A stretch of 60,021 nucleotides of DNA from Thermoanaerobaculia bacterium. GTDB lineage: Bacteria; Acidobacteriota; Thermoanaerobaculia; UBA5066. The translations under genes and the position numbers were made by a program. Location: NCBI GenBank assembly GCA_038245905.1, contig JBBRRY010000025.1:1-60021 (forward strand). The letters are read 5' to 3'. Under the pieces are notes generated by a model. That model saw only the letters and a list, made by a program, of their open reading frames with translations, ran no database searches and was not told the DNA's origin. Position 1 is the stretch's first letter. Every line of letters begins with the position of its first letter. Below, one piece after another: positions 38,185-48,352 of the stretch.

Positions 38185-39048
38185 TCAGTTCTTCCACTCC
38201 TCTTTCTCCACCTTCCACGCGCCATCTTCCTTCGCCATGTGGACGACGCCGCTCGAGGCGTTGCCGTCCTGCTTTCCGCTCACGGTCAGGTCCGCCGTGT
38301 CGCCCTTCTCGACGACCTTCAGGACCTTGATGTCCGTCGCCGACATCATCTTGACGAAGCCGATCATCTTCTTCGCGTCCGGCTCGTCGAGGTGCTTTGC
38401 CTGCTCCTTCGTGAAGAGCTTCTTGAGCGCCCCGAGGTCTTCCTTCTGGACGGCCTTGAGGAAATCCGCGTAGACCTTCGCCTGCGGGCTCTTCTGGGCG
38501 GCGGTCGTCTCGGCGGCCGTCGGCGGGACGACCTTCGCCGCGCGCGTGATGTCAGCCTTGAAGGAAACGTCGAAGGAGTAGGTCTCCCCGAAGAACTCGT
38601 GCTTCTTGGCGGCCTTGTAACGCCCCTCGACCGTCTTGCCGTCGAACGTCTTCTTCGTGAAGACGTCATCGCTCGACAGGCCGCTCGGACTCGCCTTCTT
38701 GAAGCCGCTGTCCCGGAATGCCGTCGAGATCGGCTTGCCGTCCGCGTCGATCGTGATCTCGAACGCGTGGAGCTTGCCCGCTTCGGCCATGTGGCTGCGC
38801 TCGAACTGGTCCTCGAGCGCCTTCCCCTCGAGCGGGACGTCGGTCAGGATGACCTCGACGTCTTCCTTCGTCTTGTCGAAGAAGCCCTTCACGGCGCGCG
38901 CGTAGGCGTGCGTCAGCTTCGTCGTCTTCCCGTTGACCGTGATGGTGCCTTCGGCCTTGCCATCAGCGGCACGGGCGCGTGGCGCCACGGCCGCGGCCAG
39001 GCCGGCGAGGACGAAAGCAGCTAGAAACACGCGAATTCCTGTCTTCAT
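38185..39048 (-). CDS. Secreted hypothetical protein with a C-terminal NTF2/DUF4878-like domain
   Basis: RBS GAGGAGG, signal peptide, C-terminal MAKEDGAWKV. Confidence 0.75.
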   Translation of the reverse strand: MKTGIRVFLAAFVLAGLAAAVAPRARAADGKAEGTITVNGKTTKLTHAYARAVKGFFDKTKEDVEVILTDVPLEGKALEDQFERSHMAEAGKLHAFEITIDADGKPISTAFRDSGFKKASPSGLSSDDVFTKKTFDGKTVEGRYKAAKKHEFFGETYSFDVSFKADITRAAKVVPPTAAETTAAQKSPQAKVYADFLKAVQKEDLGALKKLFTKEQAKHLDEPDAKKMIGFVKMMSATDIKVLKVVEKGDTADLTVSGKQDGNASSGVVHMAKEDGAWKVEKEEWKN

Positions 39049-39113
39049 GAAAGCCTCCTCATTGGATTGAGAATCTCGTTCTTCGAAAGAGACGCAGCAA
39101 GACCGTGTTCGAC

Positions 39114-40229
39114 TTAGATGCGGGAGGTCACGAGGCCGACGAAATCGTCGAACAGCGCGTCGGAGTCGTGGGGGCCGGGGGCGGACTCCGGGTGGTACTG
39201 GACCGCGAAGACAGGCTTGTCCGTGCCCCGGAAGCCCTCGCACGTGCCGTCGTTGAGGTTCACGTGCGTGAGCTCGACGTTTTTCGGCAGCGAGTCGGCC
39301 GCCACGGAGAAGCCGTGGTTCTGCGACGTGATCGCGACGTGGCCCGTCCGGAGGTTCTTGACGGGGTGATTCGCGCCGCGATGGCCGAACTTGAGCTTGT
39401 AGGTCGTGCCCCCGAGGGCGAGCCCGAGGAGCTGCTGGCCGAGGCAGATTCCGAAGACGGGTTTCCCGGATTTCACGAACGCCTTCACGTTCGCGACCGG
39501 ACCCGGCAGCGCGCCCGGGTCGCCAGGCCCGTTCGAGAGGAAGACGCCGTCAAACCCCTGCGAGAGGATCTCTGCCGCGGGAGTCGTCGCGGGAAAGACG
39601 GTCGGCTCGAGGCCGCGAACCGCGAGCATCTTCAAGATGTTCGTCTTGATCCCGTAGTCGATCGCCGCCACCCGCCCCTTCGTCGCGATTCCCGGCGGCA
39701 TCGGGAAGGTGTACGGCGTCGACGTCGACACCACGAGGGCGAGAGCGGCTCCGGCCATCGTGGGCTGTTGCTTGACCTTCTCGACGAGCGCGGTCACTTC
39801 GGCCTCGGACGCGGCTTCCGTGGAGATCGCCCCCCGCATGACGCCGCGGCTCCTGAGGTGCCGCACGAGGGCGCGCGTGTCGAACCCGTCGATTCCCACG
39901 ACGCCTCCCGCTCGAAGACCGTCTCCGATCGCCTCCTGGCCCCGCTGATTCGAGAAGCGGTGCGGAAAGTGGCGGGCGGCGAAACCCGCGACCTGAATCC
40001 GCGAGGATTCCACGTCCGTGCCATTGAGGCCGTAATTGCCGATGTGCGCGGCGGTCATCACGACGATCTGCCCGCGGTAGGACGGGTCCGTCAGCGTCTC
40101 CTGATAGCCCGACATTCCCGTGTTGAAGACGACCTCGCCGAAGGTCGTTCCGCTCGCCCCGACCGACCGACCGAGGAAACGCCGGCCGTCTTCGAGGACG
40201 AGAACGGCGAACGGACCCGCGCCGCTCAT
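39114..40229 (-). CDS. carA: Carbamoyl-phosphate synthase small subunit
   Basis: GEVVFNTGMSGYQE, SNGPGDP, GICLGQQ, SQNHG, QYHPE. Confidence 0.95.
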   Translation of the reverse strand: MSGAGPFAVLVLEDGRRFLGRSVGASGTTFGEVVFNTGMSGYQETLTDPSYRGQIVVMTAAHIGNYGLNGTDVESSRIQVAGFAARHFPHRFSNQRGQEAIGDGLRAGGVVGIDGFDTRALVRHLRSRGVMRGAISTEAASEAEVTALVEKVKQQPTMAGAALALVVSTSTPYTFPMPPGIATKGRVAAIDYGIKTNILKMLAVRGLEPTVFPATTPAAEILSQGFDGVFLSNGPGDPGALPGPVANVKAFVKSGKPVFGICLGQQLLGLALGGTTYKLKFGHRGANHPVKNLRTGHVAITSQNHGFSVAADSLPKNVELTHVNLNDGTCEGFRGTDKPVFAVQYHPESAPGPHDSDALFDDFVGLVTSRI

Positions 40230-41239
40230 ATCGTTCTCCCGACCGCCGCCGCGATGGGGCGGATCTGAGCCATCAGCTCGCCGAACATATCGGGCGTGAG
40301 CGCTTGCGGGCCGTCCGAGAGCGCTTCGGCGGGCTTGTGATGGACTTCGACCGCGATGCCGTCGGCGCCGGCGGCGATGGACGCGCGCGACATGGGCAGG
40401 ACCTTCTCGCGGCGACCGGTGCCGTGCGACGGATCGACGACGATCGGCAGGTGCGAGAGGCGCTCGACGGCGGGGACGACCGAGAGATCGAGCGTGTTGC
40501 GCGTGAAGTCGGTGAACGTGCGGATGCCGCGTTCGCAGAGAATCACGGCGGGGTTTCCTTCGGCGAGGATGTATTCGGCCGCGAGCAGGAACTCTTCCAG
40601 CGTCGCCGACATGCCCCGCTTCAAAAGAATCGGTTTCCCCGACTTCCCGGCCTTCTTCAGGAGCTCGAAGTTCTGCATGTTGCGGGCGCCGATCTGGAGG
40701 CAGTCCGCGTAATGCGCCACGATTTCGACGTGTGCCGTGTCGAGGACCTCCGTGACGACGGGAAGAGAGGTGGCCTCTCGCGCCGCCGCCAGGATCTTCA
40801 GGCCTTCCTCCCCGAGGCCCTGAAAGGCGTACGGCGAGGTGCGCGGCTTGTAGGCGCCGCCGCGCAGCAGGTCCGCGCCGCGCGCCTTCACTTCCCTCGC
40901 GATCGTGAGCGTCTGCTCGAGCGACTCGACCGCGCACGGGCCCGCGATGACGACGACATGCGTGCCGCCCACAAGGACGCCCCCGATCGAGACGATGGTG
41001 TCCTCGGGGTGAAACTCCCGCGAGACGAGCTTGTAGGGGTGCGAGACGCGGATGACCTCGAGCACGCCGGGAAGCGTCTCGAAGGCGCCGGGTCCGACCG
41101 CCCCCTTGTTCCCGGTGATGCCGACGGCCGTGCGCTGGGCACCCGGAATCGGGTGGGCCTTGAGGCCGAGGCGCTCGGCCGCCGCGACGACCCCTTCGAC
41201 ATCCGCGCTCGTGGCGCTCCTGTCCATGACGATCAGCAC
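40226..41239 (-). CDS. aroF: DAHP synthase (class I-beta, N-terminal regulatory domain)
   Basis: IAGPCAVE, KPRTSPY, IGARNMQN, CERGIRT, DPSH. Confidence 0.93.
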   Translation of the reverse strand: MLIVMDRSATSADVEGVVAAAERLGLKAHPIPGAQRTAVGITGNKGAVGPGAFETLPGVLEVIRVSHPYKLVSREFHPEDTIVSIGGVLVGGTHVVVIAGPCAVESLEQTLTIAREVKARGADLLRGGAYKPRTSPYAFQGLGEEGLKILAAAREATSLPVVTEVLDTAHVEIVAHYADCLQIGARNMQNFELLKKAGKSGKPILLKRGMSATLEEFLLAAEYILAEGNPAVILCERGIRTFTDFTRNTLDLSVVPAVERLSHLPIVVDPSHGTGRREKVLPMSRASIAAGADGIAVEVHHKPAEALSDGPQALTPDMFGELMAQIRPIAAAVGRTI

Positions 41240-41317
41240 GTTTCGTCCTGCTCTTTCCGCCGACGTTTATACTTCATTCCGCCGCGACTCCCTTGCCCGC
41301 GGCTCCCGGAGGTTCCG

Positions 41318-42109
41318 ATGTCCACAGTTCCACGCACCCGCCTCCTGCCCGCGCTCGGTCTCGCCCTCGCCGCGTTCGCGGCGCTGCCGGCGGAAGCCAC
41401 GTACGTCATCTACACGCGGGACGGCGCCCGAATCGAGGCGCGGGAGAAGCCCGCCGTCATCGGCCGGCGCCTCGTCTATCTGACGCCGCTCGGGACGTCC
41501 CAGACGATCGCGCTAGACGAGTGGGATCAGGCCCGCAGTGAAAAGGCGAATCGGGAAGGCTTCGGCGGCGCCTATGTGCTCGACGATCCGAACGGAAGCG
41601 CCAACACCTCGGCTTTACCCAACCCCGAGGCGAAGAGGCCATCCCTGTCGGATTACATCAAGAAGAACGGCCGGAAGCTGGATCCCGACCGACCCGAGCC
41701 TCGGGTCGGCGAGCTCGTGACCGAACGGGAAACCCGCGCCCCCCGCTCGTCGGCCAAAGCGGTGGAGGCGGCGCCGGTCGTCCTCGACCCGGTCGTCAGC
41801 GACGCCTTCATGCGCGCGCTCGACGGGAGCAACGTGAAGGGCGTCAAGCTCGGAAACCTGCCGTCCGCCCTGCGCGTCGCGGCCGTGACGGACAGCGAGC
41901 AGCAGGTTTTCCTCGCGCTCATGGCCTCGGCGCGCGGCCTCAAGGAGTCCCGCGCGGCGGGCAAACCGCTCGAAAAGGTGGAAGTGGTCCTCGCGACGAC
42001 CAGCGGCGAGTCGGCGGCGCGTTTCGACGTCACGCCTGACGACGCGGACGCGCTCCTCAACGGACGCATCGCTCCAGCGAAGTACTTCGTCTCACGCGTC
42101 ATCTTCTGA
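41318..42109 (+). CDS. Secreted hypothetical protein
   Basis: RBS GGAGG, signal peptide ending AEA, GC3-biased codons. Confidence 0.7.
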   Translation: MSTVPRTRLLPALGLALAAFAALPAEATYVIYTRDGARIEAREKPAVIGRRLVYLTPLGTSQTIALDEWDQARSEKANREGFGGAYVLDDPNGSANTSALPNPEAKRPSLSDYIKKNGRKLDPDRPEPRVGELVTERETRAPRSSAKAVEAAPVVLDPVVSDAFMRALDGSNVKGVKLGNLPSALRVAAVTDSEQQVFLALMASARGLKESRAAGKPLEKVEVVLATTSGESAARFDVTPDDADALLNGRIAPAKYFVSRVIF

Positions 42110-42116
42110 GGGGCCG

Positions 42117-42452
42117 ATGGACGCCGGTACTCTCGTCCTCGTTCATCTCGTCCAGCCCAAGGAGAAGTACTGGGGTGTCTTGCTCGCGCTCGGACCGGCC
42201 GGGCTGACGATGCGTGGCCTCGAGCTCGACCTCTTCGACAACTGGGCGCGGCAGCAGAGGCCGGGAGCCGAGGCGGAGCTGGGCGTCTCCACGCTCTTCG
42301 TGCCGCTGCACCGTATCGAGAAGCTCTTCGAAGACGCGCGGGTGGGCAGCGTCACGAGCTATGCCGAGCGCTTCTACGAGATCGTGGGACGTGACGCCCG
42401 CACCTTTCTCGGGCCACGTCCCCCCTCGGGCGATTCCGGCAGCCCGAACTAG
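42117..42452 (+). CDS. Hypothetical protein
   Basis: RBS GAGG; LVQPKEKYWGVL, FVPLHRIEK; operonic with the previous gene. Confidence 0.7.
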   Translation: MDAGTLVLVHLVQPKEKYWGVLLALGPAGLTMRGLELDLFDNWARQQRPGAEAELGVSTLFVPLHRIEKLFEDARVGSVTSYAERFYEIVGRDARTFLGPRPPSGDSGSPN

Positions 42453-43867
42453 CTCTTTTTCTTCCTCTCCGACAGCTCGACGAGGATGCCGCCCGTCGCG
42501 GACGGGTGGACGAACGCGACGAGGCAATCGTGCGCGCCATCGAACGGTTCCTCGTTCACGAGCCGGACGCCCGCGGCCTTGAGACGCGCGAGCGCCGCGC
42601 GCAGGTCCGTGACCTCGAGGCACAGGTGGTGGATTCCCGGACCGCGCGCGGCGATCGACTTCGCAACCGGACCGTCGGGCGACGTGGACTCGAGGAGCTC
42701 GAGGTGCGACTCCCCTACCGCGCGGAACGACGACAGGACCTTCTGAGACGCGACCTCCTCGCGGTGCTCCTCGACGAGGCCGAGGAGGTCCCAGAACGCC
42801 CCGCCTTCGGCGAGCGATTTCACGACGATACCGAGATGGGAGATTTTCAAGACAGAAGAAGAAGATTTCTTAGAAGGTAAAGAGGGAGAGGGCGGGATCG
42901 GGGCGCCGGCGGGGCCACCCGGGACGCGGCCCATCAGGGCACGGGCGGCCGAAATCGGGTCATCTTCCCGGCTTTCGACGCGCGCCGCCGCGTCTTCGAG
43001 CGCACCGCGGTCGCCGCGCAGGCTCTCTACCCTTCTAAGAAAATCTTCTCTGACCAGCCCTTCAATCCGCAGCTTCGTCCGCTCGCGCTTCCTCCGCCCG
43101 CCCTCGGGTCCGAGCAAGAATTTCCGGTGCTCCTCGAGCTTTTCGATCAGCTCGTCGAGCCCCGCGCCCGTCGTCGCGACCGTCTTCAAGACCGGGGGAA
43201 TCCACGCGCCGTGCTCGCCGAGCTCGAGCATCTGGAGGATCTCCTGCACGACGCGGTCGGCTCCGTCGCGGTCGGACTTGTTCACGACGAAGAGGTCCGC
43301 GACCTCCATGAGGCCCGCCTTGATGGCCTGGATGTCGTCGCCCATGCCCGGCGTCAGGACGACGACGCACGACTCGGCGAGGCGGAAGACTTCCACCTCG
43401 TCCTGGCCCACGCCGACGGTCTCGACGAGAACGTCGTCGTACCCCGCGGCGTCGAGCACGTCCACGGCGTCGGCCGTCGCGCGCGCAAGACCCCCGAGAT
43501 GCCCTCTCGTGGCCATCGACCGGATGAGCACTCCGGGATCCGTGTAGAGGTCCTGCATGCGAATCCGGTCGCCGAGAATCGCTCCTCCCGAGAACGGAGA
43601 TGACGGGTCCACGGCGATGATCCCGACCCTTCGCCCGGCCGCCCGGGCCCTCCGCGCGAGCGCGGCCGTGAGCGTCGACTTGCCGGCTCCCGGCGACCCG
43701 GTCAGGCCCGTCACGCGGGCGCGGCCCGTATGCGGGAAGAGCCGGGCGAGAAGGCCGGGGAAACGCGAATCGGCCGACTCCGCCCATGTGATTGCCCGCG
43801 CCACCCGCGGGATCCTACCCGCCAGAACGCCCTCGGCGAGCTCCTCGACGGCCCGGGAATCCGGCAT
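42449..43867 (-). CDS. meaB: MeaB GTPase fused to methylmalonyl-CoA epimerase
   Basis: [38 protein letters not shown]; then [30 protein letters not shown]. Confidence 0.88.
   Translation of the reverse strand: MPDSRAVEELAEGVLAGRIPRVARAITWAESADSRFPGLLARLFPHTGRARVTGLTGSPGAGKSTLTAALARRARAAGRRVGIIAVDPSSPFSGGAILGDRIRMQDLYTDPGVLIRSMATRGHLGGLARATADAVDVLDAAGYDDVLVETVGVGQDEVEVFRLAESCVVVLTPGMGDDIQAIKAGLMEVADLFVVNKSDRDGADRVVQEILQMLELGEHGAWIPPVLKTVATTGAGLDELIEKLEEHRKFLLGPEGGRRKRERTKLRIEGLVREDFLRRVESLRGDRGALEDAAARVESREDDPISAARALMGRVPGGPAGAPIPPSPSLPSKKSSSSVLKISHLGIVVKSLAEGGAFWDLLGLVEEHREEVASQKVLSSFRAVGESHLELLESTSPDGPVAKSIAARGPGIHHLCLEVTDLRAALARLKAAGVRLVNEEPFDGAHDCLVAFVHPSATGGILVELSERKKKS
42864..42884 (+). 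repeat. Dispersed intragenic motif, copy 2
   Basis: GATTTCTTAGAAGGTAAAGAG, 20/21 identical to copy 1. Confidence 0.7.
43023..43048 (-). repeat. Dispersed intragenic motif, copy 3 (inverted relative to copy 2)
   Basis: Minus strand reads GAAGATTTTCTTAGAAGGGTAGAGAG. Confidence 0.65.
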
Positions 43868-43911
43868 CGGCAGGGAGTGTAGACGACGAGGCGGGCCTAG
43901 AATGCCCGCCC

Positions 43912-46011
43912 ATGGAGTCGGGTCTGGCAGCTCTCGTCCCGGTCCTCTCGGAGATCGCACGCGTCGCGGGCGAGAGCCTGGATCTCGACGTCGTGTTCCA
44001 GCGCATCGCCTCGGCCGCCGGCCGCGTTCTCACGTTCGACGCGATGACCGTCACGCTGACAGACGAAGGGGACGGGTTCGTCCTCTACTCGATCGGCGGC
44101 GCGGAGGTCACGGACGAGACGAGGCGTGCGTACGCCCGCCTTGTCCCACGCGCCGAGTACTCGCCGGGCCTGTGGGACATGCTCCAGAAGACCGGCGTGA
44201 TCGAGGACATCGCCGCGGCGTGCGACTCCGGCTTCCCACGTGACAAGGAACTCCAGGGCTCCGGTGTCCGGGCGATGCTGCGCGCGCCGCTCCACACGGG
44301 CGCGCGGACGATCGGCTACCTCTCTCTCGTCAGCCTGAAGCCGCACGCGTTTCAGAGCGGCGACCTCGGGCTCCTGACGCCGATCGCGGACGTCGTCGCG
44401 ATGGCCGTCGCGCACGCACGCCTCGCCGCCGAGGAGAAGGACCGGCGCCGGCGCTACGAGGCGCTCCAAGCGCTCTCCCCCGTCCTCGCGCGGGCTCTCG
44501 ATGTGCGCGAGGTCTTCGACGCGATCTCGGAGATCGCGCGGCCGGTCGTCCCTCACGACCGCATGGCGCTCGGCCTTCTCACCGAGGATCGCGCGGCGGT
44601 GCGCGTCTACGCGGTCTCGGGGGGCGATCTTTCGAAGGTGGCCGAGCCGATCCGGCTGACGCCCGCCGAAAAGGCGCGCGAGAACTGGACGACAGAGATC
44701 GTCTGCGACGTTGCGGCGGAGATCGATCCCGACACGGACAGGTGCCGCCACCTCTCGGCCGACGGAATTCGGTCGCTCCTTCGAGTCCCCATCTTTTTCG
44801 AAGGCCACTGGCAGTTCGCCGGCGGCCTTCTCTTTCTCTCGCGCACGGCCAACACGTACAGCGAGGACGACATCCCGTTCGCACAGCACGTCGCGGACCA
44901 GGTCGCGCTTGCGCTCTCGCACCAGCGTCTCGCGGAAGAGGCGCGCCGGGTCGCCGAGGCGCGGGCGGAAGCCGAGACACTCGAAAAGCGCGTAGCGGCT
45001 CTCTCCGAAGAGCTGGCGTCGAGGGGCGGCTTCGGACGAATCGTGGGGACCTCGAAGGGCTGGCGTGACGTCCTCGTCCAGGCCGCCAAGGTCGCGCCCA
45101 CGGAAACGACCGTTCTCCTCACCGGCGAATCAGGGACAGGCAAGGAAGTCGTCGCGCGCGCCGTCCACCAAAGCTCGGCTCACGCGGCGGGGGCGTTCAT
45201 CGCGCTCAACTGCGCGGCCCTGCCCGATCAGCTTCTCGAGTCCGAGCTGTTCGGATACGAGAAAGGCGCCTTCACGGGCGCCACTGCCGCGAAGCCCGGC
45301 CGGATCGAGCAGGCCGCGGGAGGCACGCTCTTCCTCGACGAAGCGGGCGAGATGAGCCCGGCCGTGCAGGCGAAGCTCCTCAGGGTCCTGGAAGAGCGTG
45401 AGTTTCAGAGACTGGGCGGGACGAAGGTGCTGAAGACCGACGCACGCATCGTGGCGGCCACGAACCGCGACCTCGCCCGCGCCATCGCGCTGGGCGAGTT
45501 CCGGCAGGACCTCTTCTACCGCCTCTCCGTGTTCGGAATCCACCTTCCGCCGCTGCGTGAGCGCCCCGAGGACATCCTGCCCCTCACCGAGATGTTCCTC
45601 GCCGAGCTCGGCCCGGCCGTCGGCCGGGCCGAGCTCGGGGTCTCGCGCGAAGCGAAGGATCTCCTTCTCTCCTACCCTTGGCCCGGCAACGTCCGCGAGC
45701 TCCGGAACGCGCTCGAGAGGGCCGCCATCCTTTCCGACGGCGGCCTCATCACGGCGGCCCATCTCCCTATCGGTGTCGCCCGTCAGGATCCGCCGACGGC
45801 CGGCGCCCGCGCAGAGACCGACGGGACGAATTTGATCCTGCCGCCCGAAGGCGTGGACCTCGAGTCGCTCGAGCGCGACTACGTGAAGGAGGCGCTCCGG
45901 AAGGCCCGTTTCAACAAGAGCAAGGCCGCGAAGCTCCTCGGCCTCACCCGCGCCCAGCTCTACTCGCGCATCGAGAAGTACGGGCTCGAAGCCCAGGCGA
46001 GCGAAACCTGA
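43912..46011 (+). CDS. Sigma54 enhancer-binding protein with two GAF domains
   Basis: Tandem GAF, coiled coil, [34 protein letters not shown]. Confidence 0.9.
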   Translation: MESGLAALVPVLSEIARVAGESLDLDVVFQRIASAAGRVLTFDAMTVTLTDEGDGFVLYSIGGAEVTDETRRAYARLVPRAEYSPGLWDMLQKTGVIEDIAAACDSGFPRDKELQGSGVRAMLRAPLHTGARTIGYLSLVSLKPHAFQSGDLGLLTPIADVVAMAVAHARLAAEEKDRRRRYEALQALSPVLARALDVREVFDAISEIARPVVPHDRMALGLLTEDRAAVRVYAVSGGDLSKVAEPIRLTPAEKARENWTTEIVCDVAAEIDPDTDRCRHLSADGIRSLLRVPIFFEGHWQFAGGLLFLSRTANTYSEDDIPFAQHVADQVALALSHQRLAEEARRVAEARAEAETLEKRVAALSEELASRGGFGRIVGTSKGWRDVLVQAAKVAPTETTVLLTGESGTGKEVVARAVHQSSAHAAGAFIALNCAALPDQLLESELFGYEKGAFTGATAAKPGRIEQAAGGTLFLDEAGEMSPAVQAKLLRVLEEREFQRLGGTKVLKTDARIVAATNRDLARAIALGEFRQDLFYRLSVFGIHLPPLRERPEDILPLTEMFLAELGPAVGRAELGVSREAKDLLLSYPWPGNVRELRNALERAAILSDGGLITAAHLPIGVARQDPPTAGARAETDGTNLILPPEGVDLESLERDYVKEALRKARFNKSKAAKLLGLTRAQLYSRIEKYGLEAQASET

Positions 46012-46035
46012 ACGAGAGCCGACGTGCGCAGCCTC

Positions 46036-46452
46036 CTAGGCGCGGGCTTCGGACGCAGCCTTTTTCATCACGGCGCTGATGCGGTCGAACGCGGCCCGCC
46101 AGGCTTCGGCCATCTCCGGCGTGAAGTCCGGACCGAGGCGTTGCGCGAACATGCAGAGGAGCGCCTCGCGGAACGTGTCGAAGTGAATGTCCTTGGCGCC
46201 GTAAAGAACATGGCGGCGCCCAAGCTCCTGAAGCGACGAGTCCACGTCGGCGTCGGCATCGAGGCCCTTCAGCGCGAGGCCGAGCGCCACCACGAACATC
46301 GCTCCCTGGTTCTCGACGTCCGTGGAGAAGAGAGCTTTGAGCGACGGATCCAGAGCGAACAGGGTCTCGTAGAAATCCTGGCCCGCGCCGCGCGGAAGCG
46401 GCCGCAGGCGATCAAAGCTCTTACGGACGAGGGCGATCTGCTCCTTGGTCAT
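46036..46452 (-). CDS. Single-domain 3/3 globin (flavohemoglobin-type globin domain)
   Basis: EQIALVRKSF, FYETLFALDPSLKALF, LGRRH..YG, AEAW. Confidence 0.88.
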   Translation of the reverse strand: MTKEQIALVRKSFDRLRPLPRGAGQDFYETLFALDPSLKALFSTDVENQGAMFVVALGLALKGLDADADVDSSLQELGRRHVLYGAKDIHFDTFREALLCMFAQRLGPDFTPEMAEAWRAAFDRISAVMKKAASEARA

Positions 46453-46532
46453 GCCGGAAAGATACCCCCGGCAACCCCATCATGCCCCGATCAACCTGCA
46501 CTAGTGAACGGGCGATTGCCCCGCCGCCCCGA

Positions 46533-46841
46533 TCAGCGCCTTTCGAGCCGCTTGAGAGCCTCGGGTGCGATCCGGGACGGATCCCAGGGCGGCTCCCACA
46601 CGAGCTCCGTCGAGACCGACGTGACACCGGGAAGGGCCGACGCAGCCCGGAAAATCCCGTGCGCGAGCATCGGTGTCACGGGACAGCCCTGCGTGGTCGC
46701 GGTGAAGGTCACGTGCACGGCACCTTCGGGCGAGATGGACACTCCATAGACGAGACCCAGGTCCACGACCGAGAGACCCAGCTCCGGGTCGATGACCGGC
46801 TGGAGCGCGTCGAGGACGTCGGATTCAGTGGGCAGCGGCAT
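46533..46841 (-). CDS. DUF59 (SufT/PaaD-like) Fe-S/metal assembly factor
   Basis: VIDPELGLSVVDLGLVY, TTQGCP, VWEPPW. Confidence 0.9.
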   Translation of the reverse strand: MPLPTESDVLDALQPVIDPELGLSVVDLGLVYGVSISPEGAVHVTFTATTQGCPVTPMLAHGIFRAASALPGVTSVSTELVWEPPWDPSRIAPEALKRLERR

Positions 46842-48165
46842 GTTGACTCCCGACGGCCGCACCGAAGGTGCGCGGCCATTTCAAGTGGGAGATGACGATC
46901 GCGACGTGGGCGGCGAACGGCAGAAGGGAGACCGCGAAGAAAGCCGCAGCGGCGCGCAGCTCGACGGCATGACCCCGGAAGAGAGCGACGGTCAGTCCCA
47001 CGGCGGCGATCCGAAACAACACGAAACCCGCCACCTGGAGCCGTTCTGGGGAAAGATCCGAGAGCTTCGGAAGCGGCCCCAGGCCCGCGCGCCGCGCGTA
47101 GACAGCCTGCCAGACGAGGAACGGGAGAATCTTCGAGAGCATGCCGACGACCGTCTGCAGCAACCACCCGCCGAGCACGAGAAAGCCATACACCCAGGGC
47201 AGGCGCAGGGAGAGGAGGGTTCCTTTCCCGACACCGAGGGCGATGAGGAGGCCCACGACGCCCGCGGCAAAGAGGTCCGCGTATGCTGAAAGCGCGTACC
47301 GGAATCCGGCGTCGATCCGTCCTCGTCTTCGCGCGCCGAGAAGGCGGCTCAGGAGCGACAGTTGGAGGAAGAACGCCGTCGCCGGGAGAGCCGCGAACGG
47401 CGCGGCCGGCCAGCCGAACCAGAGCGCGACCGCGAGAAGGACCGCGCCGCACCACATCAGGAGCAGGGCGGCCTTCTGCCGACCTGGATCAGGGGCCGGC
47501 GCCAGAAGGAACATCGGAAGGAGCTTCGACGACACGCCCCAGATCGCGACGGTGAACGTGGCGTAGAGGCCGAGCGTCAGATGCGCCGCAAGGTGATCCA
47601 TCGGCGCCCCCGGCAGGAACGCCCGCGCGCGATCCAGGCCGATCAGGAGGCCTACGGTCATCGTGAGCGCGAGGCCGGCGTACGCGAGCGCGAACGACAG
47701 CCGCACCGGACCGGCCGGGGCCCGCGCGAGGACCGGGAGCACCGCGGCGAAAAACAGGACGACCGCAAGCGTCACGGCGAGGGCCGAATAGACGAGGCCG
47801 TCCCAGCGCAGCCTCGCGAAGTGCAGCACCATCCCCAGGGTGCCCGCGAAGTAGCAGGCCGCCGCCCAGCGCACGAGGCCCGTCCGCGCGACCGTCACGC
47901 CCGCCACGACGGGCAGGAGCTGCACGGACGCTCCGAGGAAAACGGGCAGCAGGAAACCGAGCGTCACGGTGTGGACGAGCGCGAGAACCTCCTGCTGGTA
48001 TGTCCAATCCGCCATCTTCAAGGAGAGGAACGGGGCGGTGAACGCGGCCGCCAGAAGCAGCGCCACGGCCGGCAGGAAGAACGCCATCGGGAGCGATGGC
48101 GCGGGAGCCTCCGAAAGGAAGGTCGGCGCGGGCGCCCTCCCGCTAACGGCGGACGCGGATTTCAT
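46825..48165 (-). CDS. Polytopic membrane protein of the DUF2249/DUF59-associated type
   Basis: About 12 hydrophobic segments; HTVTLG, HLTLG, KILPFLVW. Confidence 0.75.
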   Translation of the reverse strand: MKSASAVSGRAPAPTFLSEAPAPSLPMAFFLPAVALLLAAAFTAPFLSLKMADWTYQQEVLALVHTVTLGFLLPVFLGASVQLLPVVAGVTVARTGLVRWAAACYFAGTLGMVLHFARLRWDGLVYSALAVTLAVVLFFAAVLPVLARAPAGPVRLSFALAYAGLALTMTVGLLIGLDRARAFLPGAPMDHLAAHLTLGLYATFTVAIWGVSSKLLPMFLLAPAPDPGRQKAALLLMWCGAVLLAVALWFGWPAAPFAALPATAFFLQLSLLSRLLGARRRGRIDAGFRYALSAYADLFAAGVVGLLIALGVGKGTLLSLRLPWVYGFLVLGGWLLQTVVGMLSKILPFLVWQAVYARRAGLGPLPKLSDLSPERLQVAGFVLFRIAAVGLTVALFRGHAVELRAAAAFFAVSLLPFAAHVAIVISHLKWPRTFGAAVGSQHAAAH

Positions 48166-48352
48166 GAGCATCGGCGAGCTCGCGCGTCTTCACGTCGAGG
48201 CCGCGTTCGACGAGGAGCGGCAGGAGGTGGATGGGGCGGCGCTCCGTCAGGACGACGAGCTCCTCGCCTTTGGCCAGAGCCTCGACGGCCTCGAGCGTGC
48301 GCACGAGAGGCTCGGGAGGCGGGAGTCCCCTGAGGTCGAGGACTTCGGTCAC
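48143..48352 (-). CDS. DUF2249 domain protein
   Basis: LDLRGLPPPEPLVRTL, RPIHLLPLL. Confidence 0.82.
   Translation of the reverse strand: MTEVLDLRGLPPPEPLVRTLEAVEALAKGEELVVLTERRPIHLLPLLVERGLDVKTRELADAHEIRVRR

Noticed and set aside
43912-46011. NorR
   Set aside because: It has two GAF domains, is not divergent from norB, and no sigma54 promoter or GT-N7-AC array was found.
46481-46494. Fnr box upstream of the globin
   Set aside because: Only one TTGAT half-site is present, and the spacing does not fit class II geometry.
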